A stretch of 64,000 nt of DNA from a virus, in IMG/VR virus record IMGVR_UViG_3300008111_000019, positions 47,088 to 111,087 of that record, one strand, 5' to 3'. Shown here piece after piece: positions 38,129 through 47,046 of this stretch (the first letter of the stretch is position 1; every line of letters starts with the position of its first letter). A program made the position numbers and the translations under genes. The notes beneath the pieces are model-generated. The model had not been told where the DNA came from, did no database searches, and saw nothing but the letters and a program-made list of their open reading frames with translations.

Positions 38129-38866
38129 TTAGGCTGCTTGTGCAGGAATAATATATTTGTAAGTTGCTAATCCGCTATCTAGAGTGATTTGAATAGCACC
38201 TTCATTCGACAGCGACATCTTCGTGTTGTTGACATCGGCAATCTTAAGAATGCTCAAGATTGGAAGCACTGGCCAAGTCCAACCGCGATCCAGTTTACCT
38301 GCAACGTTCTGTGCAAAAATAAACTCACCGCCGTGTGTCGAAGCGTCGCCAAAGATAAATTTCAAGTTGCTACTGTCTGTCTTTGCTAGGAACGTTGGGT
38401 GTTCATTGTTGGCACCTGCTTGAAAGTTGAAACGTTGAACAGCGGCTACGCTAGGTTCTACTTCTACGTCCCACTTAACACCGCGGAACTTAACTGTTTT
38501 CATCTTTTCGTTAATGATTTCTTGATTCATAAAACGATAATCATTCTTGAAGTCTCCGTCTTTGTTTTCAAAGTGGATACCGACAGGAATAGTTTCTCCG
38601 TTACGTTCGGCTGTAGTAATACTAATCTTAGCATCTTCTTTGTATTCAGCACCGTCTAACAAATACTTGAGTTTTTGTAGTTGCGGCATACCAAATACAC
38701 CAATCATATCTGGATATGGATTGTGCGTAGTGGCTTCCATAATAACTGATCGGTCATCAGCCATTGAAAAAATATTTGTGCCATCTCCGGCTCCTGTAAC
38801 TTTAACAGTTGTTAGGAAGCCTAGATTTTGTGTATGAGACACGATGTCTTGTAAAATGTCCTTCAT
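38129..38866 (-). CDS. Probable sliding clamp (gp45-like)
   Basis: 245 aa, directly downstream of the polymerase (which ends in LFDFE, a clamp-binding motif); clamp loader in window; mainly context-based. Confidence 0.55.
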   Translation of the reverse strand: MKDILQDIVSHTQNLGFLTTVKVTGAGDGTNIFSMADDRSVIMEATTHNPYPDMIGVFGMPQLQKLKYLLDGAEYKEDAKISITTAERNGETIPVGIHFENKDGDFKNDYRFMNQEIINEKMKTVKFRGVKWDVEVEPSVAAVQRFNFQAGANNEHPTFLAKTDSSNLKFIFGDASTHGGEFIFAQNVAGKLDRGWTWPVLPILSILKIADVNNTKMSLSNEGAIQITLDSGLATYKYIIPAQAA

Positions 38867-38889
38867 TGAGAATTCTCCTTAATAATAAG

Positions 38890-38918
38890 ATTATATTTAG
38901 ATCGTAAGTAAAAAGCAA
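38890..38918 (-). promoter_or_regulatory. Sigma70 promoter TTGCTT-17-TATAAT overlapping late-like CTAAATA
   Basis: -35 38918-38913, -10 38895-38890; CTAAATA 38900-38894. Confidence 0.65.
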
Positions 38919-38926
38919 CCGCTAAA

Positions 38927-41596
38927 TCACTCAAAATCGAATAGTTTACTGAATGTGTTATCTGACCTTGTGCTACTGATGTCCCATTCCAAAACACCAA
39001 TAAGGTTTTCAAGTTTTTCATCGATGACTGTAGTTTCCATTTCACCGTCATCAAATGGAAGATCTTTGAACCATTGAGGAAGTCTAAGTTCGTCAACAGG
39101 ATACGCTACGGATGTATATGCCATAGGGTTGTCTTTGAGTTTACAGACAATAACTTTGGCCCCGTCAACAATACTCATTGAGTATTTGTCATCCATCATA
39201 CGCTTCAAAGTGTTCCAGTTTAAACTAGCACGAACGTGTCCGGGCATGTTAGTCTTACCTGCTTTCTTTTCTTTGTCGCGATACTCTGAAATCTTGTTAG
39301 CACGTTTAGGGCTACCTTTCTCCCAACCGGGTCTAGTTTTAAACTCAGTACGGAACCCAGTGATATACTCTAGTACATCTTCTTTTTGCGAACCTTTCAA
39401 CACCATTTCAAGAACTTCACTTAAAAAGTCTTGAATGGCTACCGGAGTATCAGATCTCTTGAGATCCAATCCCATGGCTTTTATCTTTCCCGCTTTACCA
39501 TCAATATCGGTACGTTTTCCTTCTTTGTCGTAATAGAGGACTGCATATCGCTTTTTGGTGATGAATAGTCCTTTGCTTGCAACAATCTCGCGACCTGCCT
39601 TGATGACCTCTCCTCGAGTTTTGGGTGTATGGAAGGCGTCCTGCATGAACTTAACAAACGTGCCATTTACTTCTTCTCCTATAGTATCATAAAGTTCGAT
39701 TACTGATTCTTTAGTCCAAGGTAAAGAACCTTTTTCAATTTCTTTCTTTAGAGTAGTGTATGCTGAAAAATAGCAAGAATCTGTATCACCATATATAATG
39801 GATTTACCTATATGATCGTATTCCCCAGTAACAATCTCATTCACTTTACTTGCCATGTGACGAGCAATGGCTCTACCAGTAAGAGTTGTGGATTGACCAA
39901 TTCTGTTATCAAAGAATCTACAGCCTGGATTAAGAATAGCGCCATACAAACTGTTAAGGTTAATCTTCTTGACCAACTGACGCTTGTCCCAGTATTCTTC
40001 TTCAATCTTATTTCCAGCAGTAATACATTCTTTAAGTTTGGCCTGCATCTCTTTACGTTCTTTATACCAACGTGCTAAGAGTCCAGGAATGATACCTTCT
40101 TTGTCATAGGTAAAGATAGTGCCGTTGGCCGATAGCATCCACGGCTGGTTAGAATCAAAGATTAGATCATATATCTGTGCGGCACTGAGTGTATCACTGC
40201 CACCATCTTCCCAGTCTATGGTAATTTCTCTACCCACTTCTTTATTCATCACAGCAGTATATTCTAATGAACCAAATACACCTTCCCATGCGCTGGCAAA
40301 AGATTTGCCTTTGGCCATTTCTGCTGCGATATAATCTTTCGTTCCATCTTGGCGTAACTGCCCAACGATAGTTTCTGGACCCATGTTTAACGCACGAATC
40401 GCAGAAGGATACAGTGAGTTAATATCTAGTGAACCGATCCACTCATGAATACCTTTCTTAGGATAGGCAACATAAGCACCAGCAGCCTGTGTATCGCCAT
40501 GCTCTTCCATCTTTTTACGATTAGGAACGATCATTCCTCTTCGATGTGCTTCATTGATAATGGCCTGCTCTGTAACTGCCACAGCACCCATGGTAGTCTG
40601 TAACAATACAGTACAGTCGTGTGCTAGTTTATTAGCAAGGTCTAGAAATTTTAATTTTTGATCTAACTTGTTTAATAGCGCACAATCTTGTCTATTATAT
40701 TCGATGAATTTACGGAAGTCATTGTTGTACAACTGATCTAATGTACCTTCATAGACTGTTTTGTTCTCACCTATCTCCATTTCTCCGATAGCATCTAGTC
40801 GATATGTATGTCGTTCTTCATAGGTATACTTTCTATACATTTCGAGACTATCTAAGTGAACTCTGCCGACAAGATCGTAAGTAACGGCAGTCTTTCCAAA
40901 CTTTTCATATTCTCTTTTCTTAGGATAGCAGTTCCACAAACAGAAACGTCTTGTATCTTCTTTGCCTAATACTTTGATTACACGATTAACAGTGTAAGGA
41001 ATATCAAAGCCTTCCGAGTTCCAACCACTTAATACGTCTGCATCTTCGATGAGATCTAAGAAGTTATCTAACATATCTGCTTCATTATCGAATAACATAG
41101 TATTAGGAAATTCTTCTACAGCCTTTTTAGCCTCTTCCATGCTCATAGTTTTTGGCGGAATAGCAAGACAGACTAGAGTGTCCATCCACTGCAAATGAAC
41201 AGCAATAGCAGTGATAGGCATAAATGCATCGTCGGGAGAGGCGTAACCTCTTTCTGGATCAAAGTCTACTTCAATATCGAAAAATGCTACATTTAGTTTT
41301 GGAGCATCAACATTTAGATAATGATCTTCTAAACACCGATAGATAGGATTGATATCAGATTCGTAAAGTTTTTTGTTGGAATGGATTGCTAATTCTTTAC
41401 GGAGTTCTTTGATATTTTTACATAGAACTCGACTTAGAGGTTCGCCTTTGATAGACTGATACTTTCCTCTAGGGTCGTAATAGTAGAATAAGTGTTTGGC
41501 AGGATAGTCTTTAAAATTCCTATTGCCTTTGTCATCACGCTCAACGACACGAATCATGTCATCGTCGCGATCATAGAATGCGTCAACGTAACTCAA
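38927..41596 (-). CDS. polB: Family B DNA polymerase (gp43-like)
   Basis: FDIE exo I, WNSEGFD, YN.QD, DINSLYPS, K...NSLYG, YGDTDS, KKRY; TTG start with AGGAG SD. Confidence 0.97.
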   Translation of the reverse strand: MSYVDAFYDRDDDMIRVVERDDKGNRNFKDYPAKHLFYYYDPRGKYQSIKGEPLSRVLCKNIKELRKELAIHSNKKLYESDINPIYRCLEDHYLNVDAPKLNVAFFDIEVDFDPERGYASPDDAFMPITAIAVHLQWMDTLVCLAIPPKTMSMEEAKKAVEEFPNTMLFDNEADMLDNFLDLIEDADVLSGWNSEGFDIPYTVNRVIKVLGKEDTRRFCLWNCYPKKREYEKFGKTAVTYDLVGRVHLDSLEMYRKYTYEERHTYRLDAIGEMEIGENKTVYEGTLDQLYNNDFRKFIEYNRQDCALLNKLDQKLKFLDLANKLAHDCTVLLQTTMGAVAVTEQAIINEAHRRGMIVPNRKKMEEHGDTQAAGAYVAYPKKGIHEWIGSLDINSLYPSAIRALNMGPETIVGQLRQDGTKDYIAAEMAKGKSFASAWEGVFGSLEYTAVMNKEVGREITIDWEDGGSDTLSAAQIYDLIFDSNQPWMLSANGTIFTYDKEGIIPGLLARWYKERKEMQAKLKECITAGNKIEEEYWDKRQLVKKINLNSLYGAILNPGCRFFDNRIGQSTTLTGRAIARHMASKVNEIVTGEYDHIGKSIIYGDTDSCYFSAYTTLKKEIEKGSLPWTKESVIELYDTIGEEVNGTFVKFMQDAFHTPKTRGEVIKAGREIVASKGLFITKKRYAVLYYDKEGKRTDIDGKAGKIKAMGLDLKRSDTPVAIQDFLSEVLEMVLKGSQKEDVLEYITGFRTEFKTRPGWEKGSPKRANKISEYRDKEKKAGKTNMPGHVRASLNWNTLKRMMDDKYSMSIVDGAKVIVCKLKDNPMAYTSVAYPVDELRLPQWFKDLPFDDGEMETTVIDEKLENLIGVLEWDISSTRSDNTFSKLFDFE

Positions 41597-41608
41597 ATTT
41601 TTCTCCTA

Positions 41609-41661
41609 TGCAATTTTTGGCTTGCAAATACCTACTGTGCGGTTTATGGCCCGGCCTACCA
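41609..41661 (-). promoter_or_regulatory. Tandem hairpins with GCCAWAAA loops in polymerase 5' leader (candidate translational operator)
   Basis: CGG-GCCATAAA-CCG and TGCAA-GCCAAAAA-TTGCA, second abutting SD. Confidence 0.55.
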
Positions 41662-41670
41662 TCTTCTTTC

Positions 41671-41678
41671 TATTTATA
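41671..41678 (-). promoter_or_regulatory. Late promoter TATAAATA
   Basis: Exact T4 late consensus overlapping upstream stop codon. Confidence 0.55.
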
Positions 41679-41958
41679 GCATTCTAATAAGACCAATGGT
41701 ATCTATGGTTGTAAGAAGTATATAATTAGCCAACATACCAAAGGAACCACGACTATAAGAGCACCAAGCATATATAGCACAACCAATAATCCAAATTGGG
41801 TAAAGAACAAGGAGAGGTGGATTTGGAACGGTGAGTGCCATAACGACAGAACAGCCAATAGAAATAGCCCAAGCAACGACCTCAAGACAAAAACGTACTC
41901 TACCGCTTTTCCAATCTTCTTTGATCCAATCAGTGATTCCATATAATATGTTTATCAT
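41674..41958 (-). CDS. Small multi-pass membrane protein
   Basis: About three hydrophobic segments. Confidence 0.7.
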   Translation of the reverse strand: MINILYGITDWIKEDWKSGRVRFCLEVVAWAISIGCSVVMALTVPNPPLLVLYPIWIIGCAIYAWCSYSRGSFGMLANYILLTTIDTIGLIRML

Positions 41959-42215
41959 TCTGGCAATCGCTTAGTTACACCTAGGATCATTTCAATCTCA
42001 TCCCACTCTTGTTCGTGCTCTTTCCAGTTATCTTTATGTGCAATCTTAATTGCCTTATTGATCCAACTAGGCTTGATTTGAAGTTCTTCTGCTACTGCTT
42101 TAACAGTTTCTTTAAGACCTTCTTGCAGATCTTCCACTTCACGCAGTACATTGGAGCCTTCGTTGATTAGTCTTTCTAATTTTGCTTTTTCTTCAGGGCC
42201 GTAAATTTTTGACAT
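41955..42215 (-). CDS. dsDNA-binding protein (T4 DsbA-like)
   Basis: Start moved to ATG 42215 (AGGAG SD); helical LKETVKAVAEELQIKP..INKAIK.AHK pattern. Confidence 0.55.
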   Translation of the reverse strand: MSKIYGPEEKAKLERLINEGSNVLREVEDLQEGLKETVKAVAEELQIKPSWINKAIKIAHKDNWKEHEQEWDEIEMILGVTKRLPE

Positions 42216-42234
42216 GTGTAATCTCCTAATCTGT

Positions 42235-42263
42235 ATTATATAGCCGTAAAAAAAGCCGGTCAA
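42235..42263 (-). promoter_or_regulatory. Sigma70 promoter TTGACC-17-TATAAT
   Basis: -35 42263-42258, -10 42240-42235, 17-nt spacer. Confidence 0.8.
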
Positions 42264-42278
42264 CCAAGAACCGGCTTT
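42248..42278 (-). terminator. Intrinsic terminator
   Basis: AAAGCCGGT-9nt-ACCGGCTTT stem with T7 tail on minus strand. Confidence 0.8.
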
Positions 42279-42296
42279 ATTTTTACCAAAACTAAA

Positions 42297-43295
42297 TTAT
42301 TTTTGATCTTCGCTTAACACATCATACATTTCAAAACGTCCACCGTTTCTTTCATAGATCATAGCAGCAAAAATTTCTGCCTTTTGGCTTTCTTGAACTT
42401 TAGTAACAGAAACTCGATTGGCCCATGTCCATAGTGCTTTGTCTAATGGATCAATTGCTTGTTGTCCGCCACTTTCGTTGACTAGTTTTAACATTTCTTT
42501 TAGACTAAGTTTTGTCTCAACGCTTTCTGCTACAACTGCTTTATCTTTTTTAACAGATTCGTTCTTCTTACCAAAGAATTTTTCTTGCTTGGCCGACATA
42601 CCTTTCTTGCCATCTTTCTTAGCACCGCCTTTATCAGCAACTGCTTTTTTCATTGGCTCTTTCTTGTCGCCGTCTTTGTCCATATCTAAGAAATCTGGCT
42701 TTGCTGCTTCGTCCATCTTCTTGTCTTTCTTAGACATTTTATCTTTCTTGGCTTCTACCATCTTGGTAAACTTTTCTTTGAATGCAGTTTTGTCAATGCT
42801 TTCGTCTTTCTTTTTCTCTTTGTCAGACTCTTTATCTGCTTTCTGGCTTTGCCAACCTTGTACTTTAGTAGCCTTTACTTTTGCGCCACTTGGAAGTTCT
42901 ACTTCTCTTTCTGATTTCTTTGCAGAAGCACGATCGTTTGCTTCGGCAACTTCTAACGATTCATCTTTCTTTTTCTTCTCTGGAAGACCTTTGTGCTTTG
43001 TAGATGCAAAATCTTTAGCATCCTTCTTGCCCATGTCCTTAGCGACTTTAGCAACATCTTTACTTGCCGGCTTTTCGCCTTTTTGTGTAGCGTGAACCAT
43101 GCCCATGAATTTTTGTTGTGCCTTGCTCACTGCTTTTTCAGCAATAATGCTTTCAGTTAGCGCAGTAACTCCTGCTAACACACGTAATTCTGTATCTTCG
43201 TCTAAACGAATTGGAGCAGCCTTTTCGGGTGCTTTTGGAGTATCGATAGGTCCGTCGATACTTTCAATTTTGCTGATCAGTGATTTAAAATCCAT
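42297..43295 (-). CDS. Lys-rich probable internal head protein
   Basis: Modules AVSKAQQKFMG..STKHKGLPEK and EF-hand-like DMDKDGDKKE separated by xxE sites; late promoter upstream. Confidence 0.55.
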   Translation of the reverse strand: MDFKSLISKIESIDGPIDTPKAPEKAAPIRLDEDTELRVLAGVTALTESIIAEKAVSKAQQKFMGMVHATQKGEKPASKDVAKVAKDMGKKDAKDFASTKHKGLPEKKKKDESLEVAEANDRASAKKSEREVELPSGAKVKATKVQGWQSQKADKESDKEKKKDESIDKTAFKEKFTKMVEAKKDKMSKKDKKMDEAAKPDFLDMDKDGDKKEPMKKAVADKGGAKKDGKKGMSAKQEKFFGKKNESVKKDKAVVAESVETKLSLKEMLKLVNESGGQQAIDPLDKALWTWANRVSVTKVQESQKAEIFAAMIYERNGGRFEMYDVLSEDQK

Positions 43296-43320
43296 TTTAA
43301 GGTTTCCTTGAATCGTATTG

Positions 43321-43328
43321 TATTTATC
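43321..43328 (-). promoter_or_regulatory. Late promoter GATAAATA
   Basis: Motif overlaps upstream stop; AAGGA SD follows. Confidence 0.6.
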
Positions 43329-43569
43329 TTTTTATTGTAGGGCCACCAAAAAGGCTAGTACCCTTCATATCTAATGCATTATCTGTAGGTTTTTGTTTTT
43401 TAGGCTTAGGTTGCGGGGGTGCTTTAGTACCGCTTTTTCCTGGGCTACCTATATATGACTTTTTACCTCTAGCAGCCCCTGGGCTGATATGAGGAGCATC
43501 TACAGTAGAGATATCACCTGCTGAAGTAGAGCCTGCTGTAGCGGTTTCTAATAATTCTTTGATTTTCAT
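43324..43569 (-). CDS. Probable internal head protein
   Basis: N-terminus MKIKELLE; basic, low complexity. Confidence 0.6.
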   Translation of the reverse strand: MKIKELLETATAGSTSAGDISTVDAPHISPGAARGKKSYIGSPGKSGTKAPPQPKPKKQKPTDNALDMKGTSLFGGPTIKR

Positions 43570-43574
43570 ATATG

Positions 43575-44105
43575 TTATTTATTTCGTCCGCTTTTCATAT
43601 TAGCACACCAGTGATACATTTTAGCCTTTTCACCTGATGCATTTTTAGCCTTGCTACGAAGATCTGCAACAGATCCAGAACAACTAGCACCTGCATTTTT
43701 TACTCGACCCGGACGGCTTTTACCTTTAACTTTACCGTCAGCAAAGTTTTCCCCTACATTATAAGTCTTATCTGTTTTTTGTCCTTTTTTCTTTTCATGA
43801 GATTTAGGATCTATATCAGTAGTATCTAGTCCGGTTTTCTTTAAGTTTTTAATATATTCGTGTTCCTCATCTTCGCTGCCAAAAGATAAAATGGCGCTAG
43901 GTGGTCCCTTGCCGAAATCGTGTTTTCCAAGACCCTTTAAGTCGCTAATGTGCTGTCCTAGTTTATACCAATCGTAGACATCACTAACATCAACTTTTAC
44001 AGTGCCTTTTGGCATAGTAGGTTTGGTTTCGGGACCCCGAGGTTTTTCGTTTGGATGTTGATCCTCTGATTGTTTTCTTTCTACAATAAATTCACGTGCT
44101 CTCAT
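43575..44105 (-). CDS. Probable internal head protein
   Basis: N-terminus MRAREFIVE; basic C-terminal module after VGE. Confidence 0.6.
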   Translation of the reverse strand: MRAREFIVERKQSEDQHPNEKPRGPETKPTMPKGTVKVDVSDVYDWYKLGQHISDLKGLGKHDFGKGPPSAILSFGSEDEEHEYIKNLKKTGLDTTDIDPKSHEKKKGQKTDKTYNVGENFADGKVKGKSRPGRVKNAGASCSGSVADLRSKAKNASGEKAKMYHWCANMKSGRNK

Positions 44106-44896
44106 TTCATTGCCACCTGGAATGCTTGATGTTTTTCTTTACGTTGATCTAGATGTTTAAGTCCCGGATTGATGGGTTTAGTTACATCCTTAACATCTTT
44201 GAAATCCGAAACTTTAGGCTGCACACGATTCTGCCAATACCACACTGCAACTTTAGCGGCCACGTCTGGACGTTCAACTAATTCTGGTTTATTGACCAAA
44301 TCTAATCCTAATGCTTGTCCTGCACGTTTATAATTGTATTTGCCTGTGAGTTGTATATATCCACGACCCTTAAATTTTGCTCCATCGCCGGGTTTGGTAT
44401 TTCCTAATATCTTTGCTTTACGTGGTGCAAATTTAATATCGTATTTTTTAAAATCTAATGAACCACCAATTTCTTTCATATGCTTAAAGTCCAAAGTCTC
44501 GTGTGCGGCCTGTGCTAAAAATGCAGCCAGTTCTTGTCCTTTGATACCTGCTTTCTCTGCTTCTTTTTTTAGAATAACTTCATGTGGATTGCCTGTTACT
44601 GTTTTTGATAAATCTTTTTTACTTACTTGTTTTACAATATCAGGCTTGTTTGACTTTGATGCTTCGGCATCGCCTGGGGCACCAAATGCTAACGCTGTGC
44701 CTAATGCACCAGCAGCAGCCCAGTCTTTCCATCCTTCCTGTTCAACACTTTCACCACCACCTCCGCCGTCGCCCCCACCGTCGCCACTATAGCCTACAGC
44801 ATAACCGTATCCACCGTACGGTCCAGGACCATAGGCAGCCCAACGTGGTTTCTTACGTTTACGTTTTTTTTCAGTGACGAACTCGTGTGCTCTCAT
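44102..44896 (-). CDS. GH19 lysozyme/chitinase-fold protein with N-terminal targeting leader
   Basis: AFLAQAAHET, GDGAKFKGRGYIQLTGKYNY, INPG; N-terminal MRAHEFVTE and Gly linker. Confidence 0.85.
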   Translation of the reverse strand: MRAHEFVTEKKRKRKKPRWAAYGPGPYGGYGYAVGYSGDGGGDGGGGGESVEQEGWKDWAAAGALGTALAFGAPGDAEASKSNKPDIVKQVSKKDLSKTVTGNPHEVILKKEAEKAGIKGQELAAFLAQAAHETLDFKHMKEIGGSLDFKKYDIKFAPRKAKILGNTKPGDGAKFKGRGYIQLTGKYNYKRAGQALGLDLVNKPELVERPDVAAKVAVWYWQNRVQPKVSDFKDVKDVTKPINPGLKHLDQRKEKHQAFQVAMK

Positions 44897-44973
44897 ACAG
44901 GGCTATATGGATTACAAGGACGATCCCATTCGCCTTCTTGTTCTGGGTACACAGGATAATCGTTCGGGTTCAT
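44893..44973 (-). CDS. Small unannotated ORF, 26 aa ([26 protein letters not shown])
   Basis: ATGA overlaps at both ends. Confidence 0.6.
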   Translation of the reverse strand: MNPNDYPVYPEQEGEWDRPCNPYSPV

Positions 44974-45296
44974 ACTGAAAAACTGCTGCCGCAGCCGCAT
45001 GTAGTTTGTGCATTGGGATTTTTGATGCTAAAGTTAGATCCATGTAGATCTTCTTGATAGTCAATTACGGCACCATCCATGTACTGCATACTCATCGAAT
45101 CTATTACCACGGTCCATTTATCGTCTAGTGGAATTTCCCAATCATCCTCGTTTCTCTCTTCGTCAAAAGTAAAACCGTACTGGAAACCAGAACATCCGCC
45201 ACCTTGTACAAATGTTCTTAGTTTTAAATTAGGATTATTTTCCTCTAGCAAAAGATCAATGACTTTAGATCTAGCGGAGTCTGTTATCTCAACCAT
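44970..45296 (-). CDS. erpA: A-type Fe-S cluster carrier (ErpA/IscA)
   Basis: [32 protein letters not shown]. Confidence 0.9.
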   Translation of the reverse strand: MVEITDSARSKVIDLLLEENNPNLKLRTFVQGGGCSGFQYGFTFDEERNEDDWEIPLDDKWTVVIDSMSMQYMDGAVIDYQEDLHGSNFSIKNPNAQTTCGCGSSFSV

Positions 45297-45520
45297 TTTT
45301 CATCCCCTACAGGTCGTTCGCCTGTCATATAAGGTAAACTAAACCATAACTGAAACCATTCAGGTGTACCTGGTTTAATTTTATGCTTTTTTTCTAACTG
45401 TTGTTTTTCGTTGCCGGTAATACTAACATTACTGCCGTCAAGTGAATTAACAAGGTCGTATTTCACGTACCCCTTGAATTCGTTTATACCAGCAAGACGT
45501 TTTAATTCTGATAGTTCCAT
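45284..45520 (-). CDS. Hypothetical (probable head) protein
   Basis: [14 protein letters not shown]; IKPGTPEWF. Confidence 0.65.
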   Translation of the reverse strand: MELSELKRLAGINEFKGYVKYDLVNSLDGSNVSITGNEKQQLEKKHKIKPGTPEWFQLWFSLPYMTGERPVGDEKWLR

Positions 45521-47046
45521 TATTCTGTAGGAGACTCACCGGTAATAGATACAGTCCACTTCTTACCAGTAGCCTGAGATTTTGCCTGAGCCCAATTTTG
45601 CAGTTGACGATAATGTTGTATTTCTTTATAGTCATCCGCAAACTGTCCGCGACCCTTAAACACTTTCCACTTCTTACCGTTGATATAAATGGCAAAGTTA
45701 TTTGGTGGTTCTGTATTACCTTCGTCCCAATCTTCCGGATCTCTTACTCTTTCAGACATACGTTGTCCTAACACTTGTCGAACCAATAATTCAGGAGCAA
45801 AGTCCATGTCGCCTGCTAGTTCTCTTGCCGCTGATAATATTGCTTGTTTAGTTGGCGCCAATCTTTTTTCTTCTACATCACGACGCAGTTTCATTATGAG
45901 AGATTGAGCATCATACCCTAAGTCTCTTACACCCTCGGGCATACTTTTGTTCTGTTTTTGTAAATCAGCATAGGCACTTACAAAGTCGCTTGGAAAATCT
46001 TCATCGTAGTTAAGTTTGCCATAAGCAGCCTTTTTACCTAAGTCTCTAACCATCAACGGGTAGGCAGCGTCTAACACTTCTTCTGCTCGACCACTGGCAT
46101 CAAGGTTGGGATTCATGTCAAACACTTCTTGGGCCAACTGTTCATAATAATAACCGCCCGAACCTTCCATAGGTACAAGATCTTTTTTGTGTTTAACATC
46201 GCCTTGCTTTTCGGCACGTTTCATATCTTTGTGTGCGCCAGCACCTGCGGTTTTTTGATTTTTCGCTACAAAGTTTCTGGGTTTGCTTGCTGGTATAAAT
46301 TCTTTTGCTTTCATATCGGTGCTCTCTGTTTTGTGCATTAATCTGTAGGTTTTGATAAATTCTTGTTCTCTTTTAGTTAGTACTCTTCCTAATTTTAATT
46401 TACCTACGATAAATTTGTAATATGCTTCCTCATCAGCCAGTTCGTTAATTTCTAAACTTTCGGAAATGCCCATGCCTTTACGAACAGCATCAAACATTGG
46501 TTGAGCCATTTCTCCAGCACCAGTAGCCTTTTTAAATGATTCAAGATCATTGTTTGCTGCTGCGAGTCTAGCACCAGAAGCACTTACACCTGCAACACCT
46601 TCCGCACCATCTTCGCGTTCGCCACTGCTTACAAAATCTAAAATATCAAATTTATAAAATCCGTGTGCTTTGCCTTCTACTCCGTTATACTGAGTTAGTA
46701 ATTTTTTAAATTGCTCTAATCTATCACTGCCTGCAACAAAAGTAGCATCTCTATATCCTTGGTCATAAAGATAACTGGCTGCCTTGACTACTGTGTTAAT
46801 ACTGCTGTCTTCTATAACATGACTAGCATATTCTTTATGTATGGATTTTATAAATTTAATTTTTGTTCCATAGTCTAAGGGATTTTCTTTTTTATCCTGA
46901 CTTTGACTTACAAAAATAAAATAATCTCCACCTTGCCCGGCCATAGTTTCAAAAACTTTGGCATGACCTATCGTAGGAGGATTCATTCTGCCGAAGCAGA
47001 ATGTTGCATGTTTACCTTCGGCTTCGAATAACTCTCTTAACAACAT
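45520..47046 (-). CDS. Cytidylyltransferase/NMNAT-like nucleotidyltransferase with C-terminal appended modules
   Basis: FGRMNPPTIGH (HxGH-type), NPL, VAGSDR, VSAS..R; N-terminus MLLRELFE. Confidence 0.75.
   Translation of the reverse strand: MLLRELFEAEGKHATFCFGRMNPPTIGHAKVFETMAGQGGDYFIFVSQSQDKKENPLDYGTKIKFIKSIHKEYASHVIEDSSINTVVKAASYLYDQGYRDATFVAGSDRLEQFKKLLTQYNGVEGKAHGFYKFDILDFVSSGEREDGAEGVAGVSASGARLAAANNDLESFKKATGAGEMAQPMFDAVRKGMGISESLEINELADEEAYYKFIVGKLKLGRVLTKREQEFIKTYRLMHKTESTDMKAKEFIPASKPRNFVAKNQKTAGAGAHKDMKRAEKQGDVKHKKDLVPMEGSGGYYYEQLAQEVFDMNPNLDASGRAEEVLDAAYPLMVRDLGKKAAYGKLNYDEDFPSDFVSAYADLQKQNKSMPEGVRDLGYDAQSLIMKLRRDVEEKRLAPTKQAILSAARELAGDMDFAPELLVRQVLGQRMSERVRDPEDWDEGNTEPPNNFAIYINGKKWKVFKGRGQFADDYKEIQHYRQLQNWAQAKSQATGKKWTVSITGESPTE

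Noticed and set aside
38868-38877. GAGAATTCTC palindrome at the clamp RBS
   Set aside because: Only a 3-bp stem possible; too weak to call
38927-41596. Intein or intron in the DNA polymerase
   Set aside because: All motifs contiguous in a normal-length 889-aa protein
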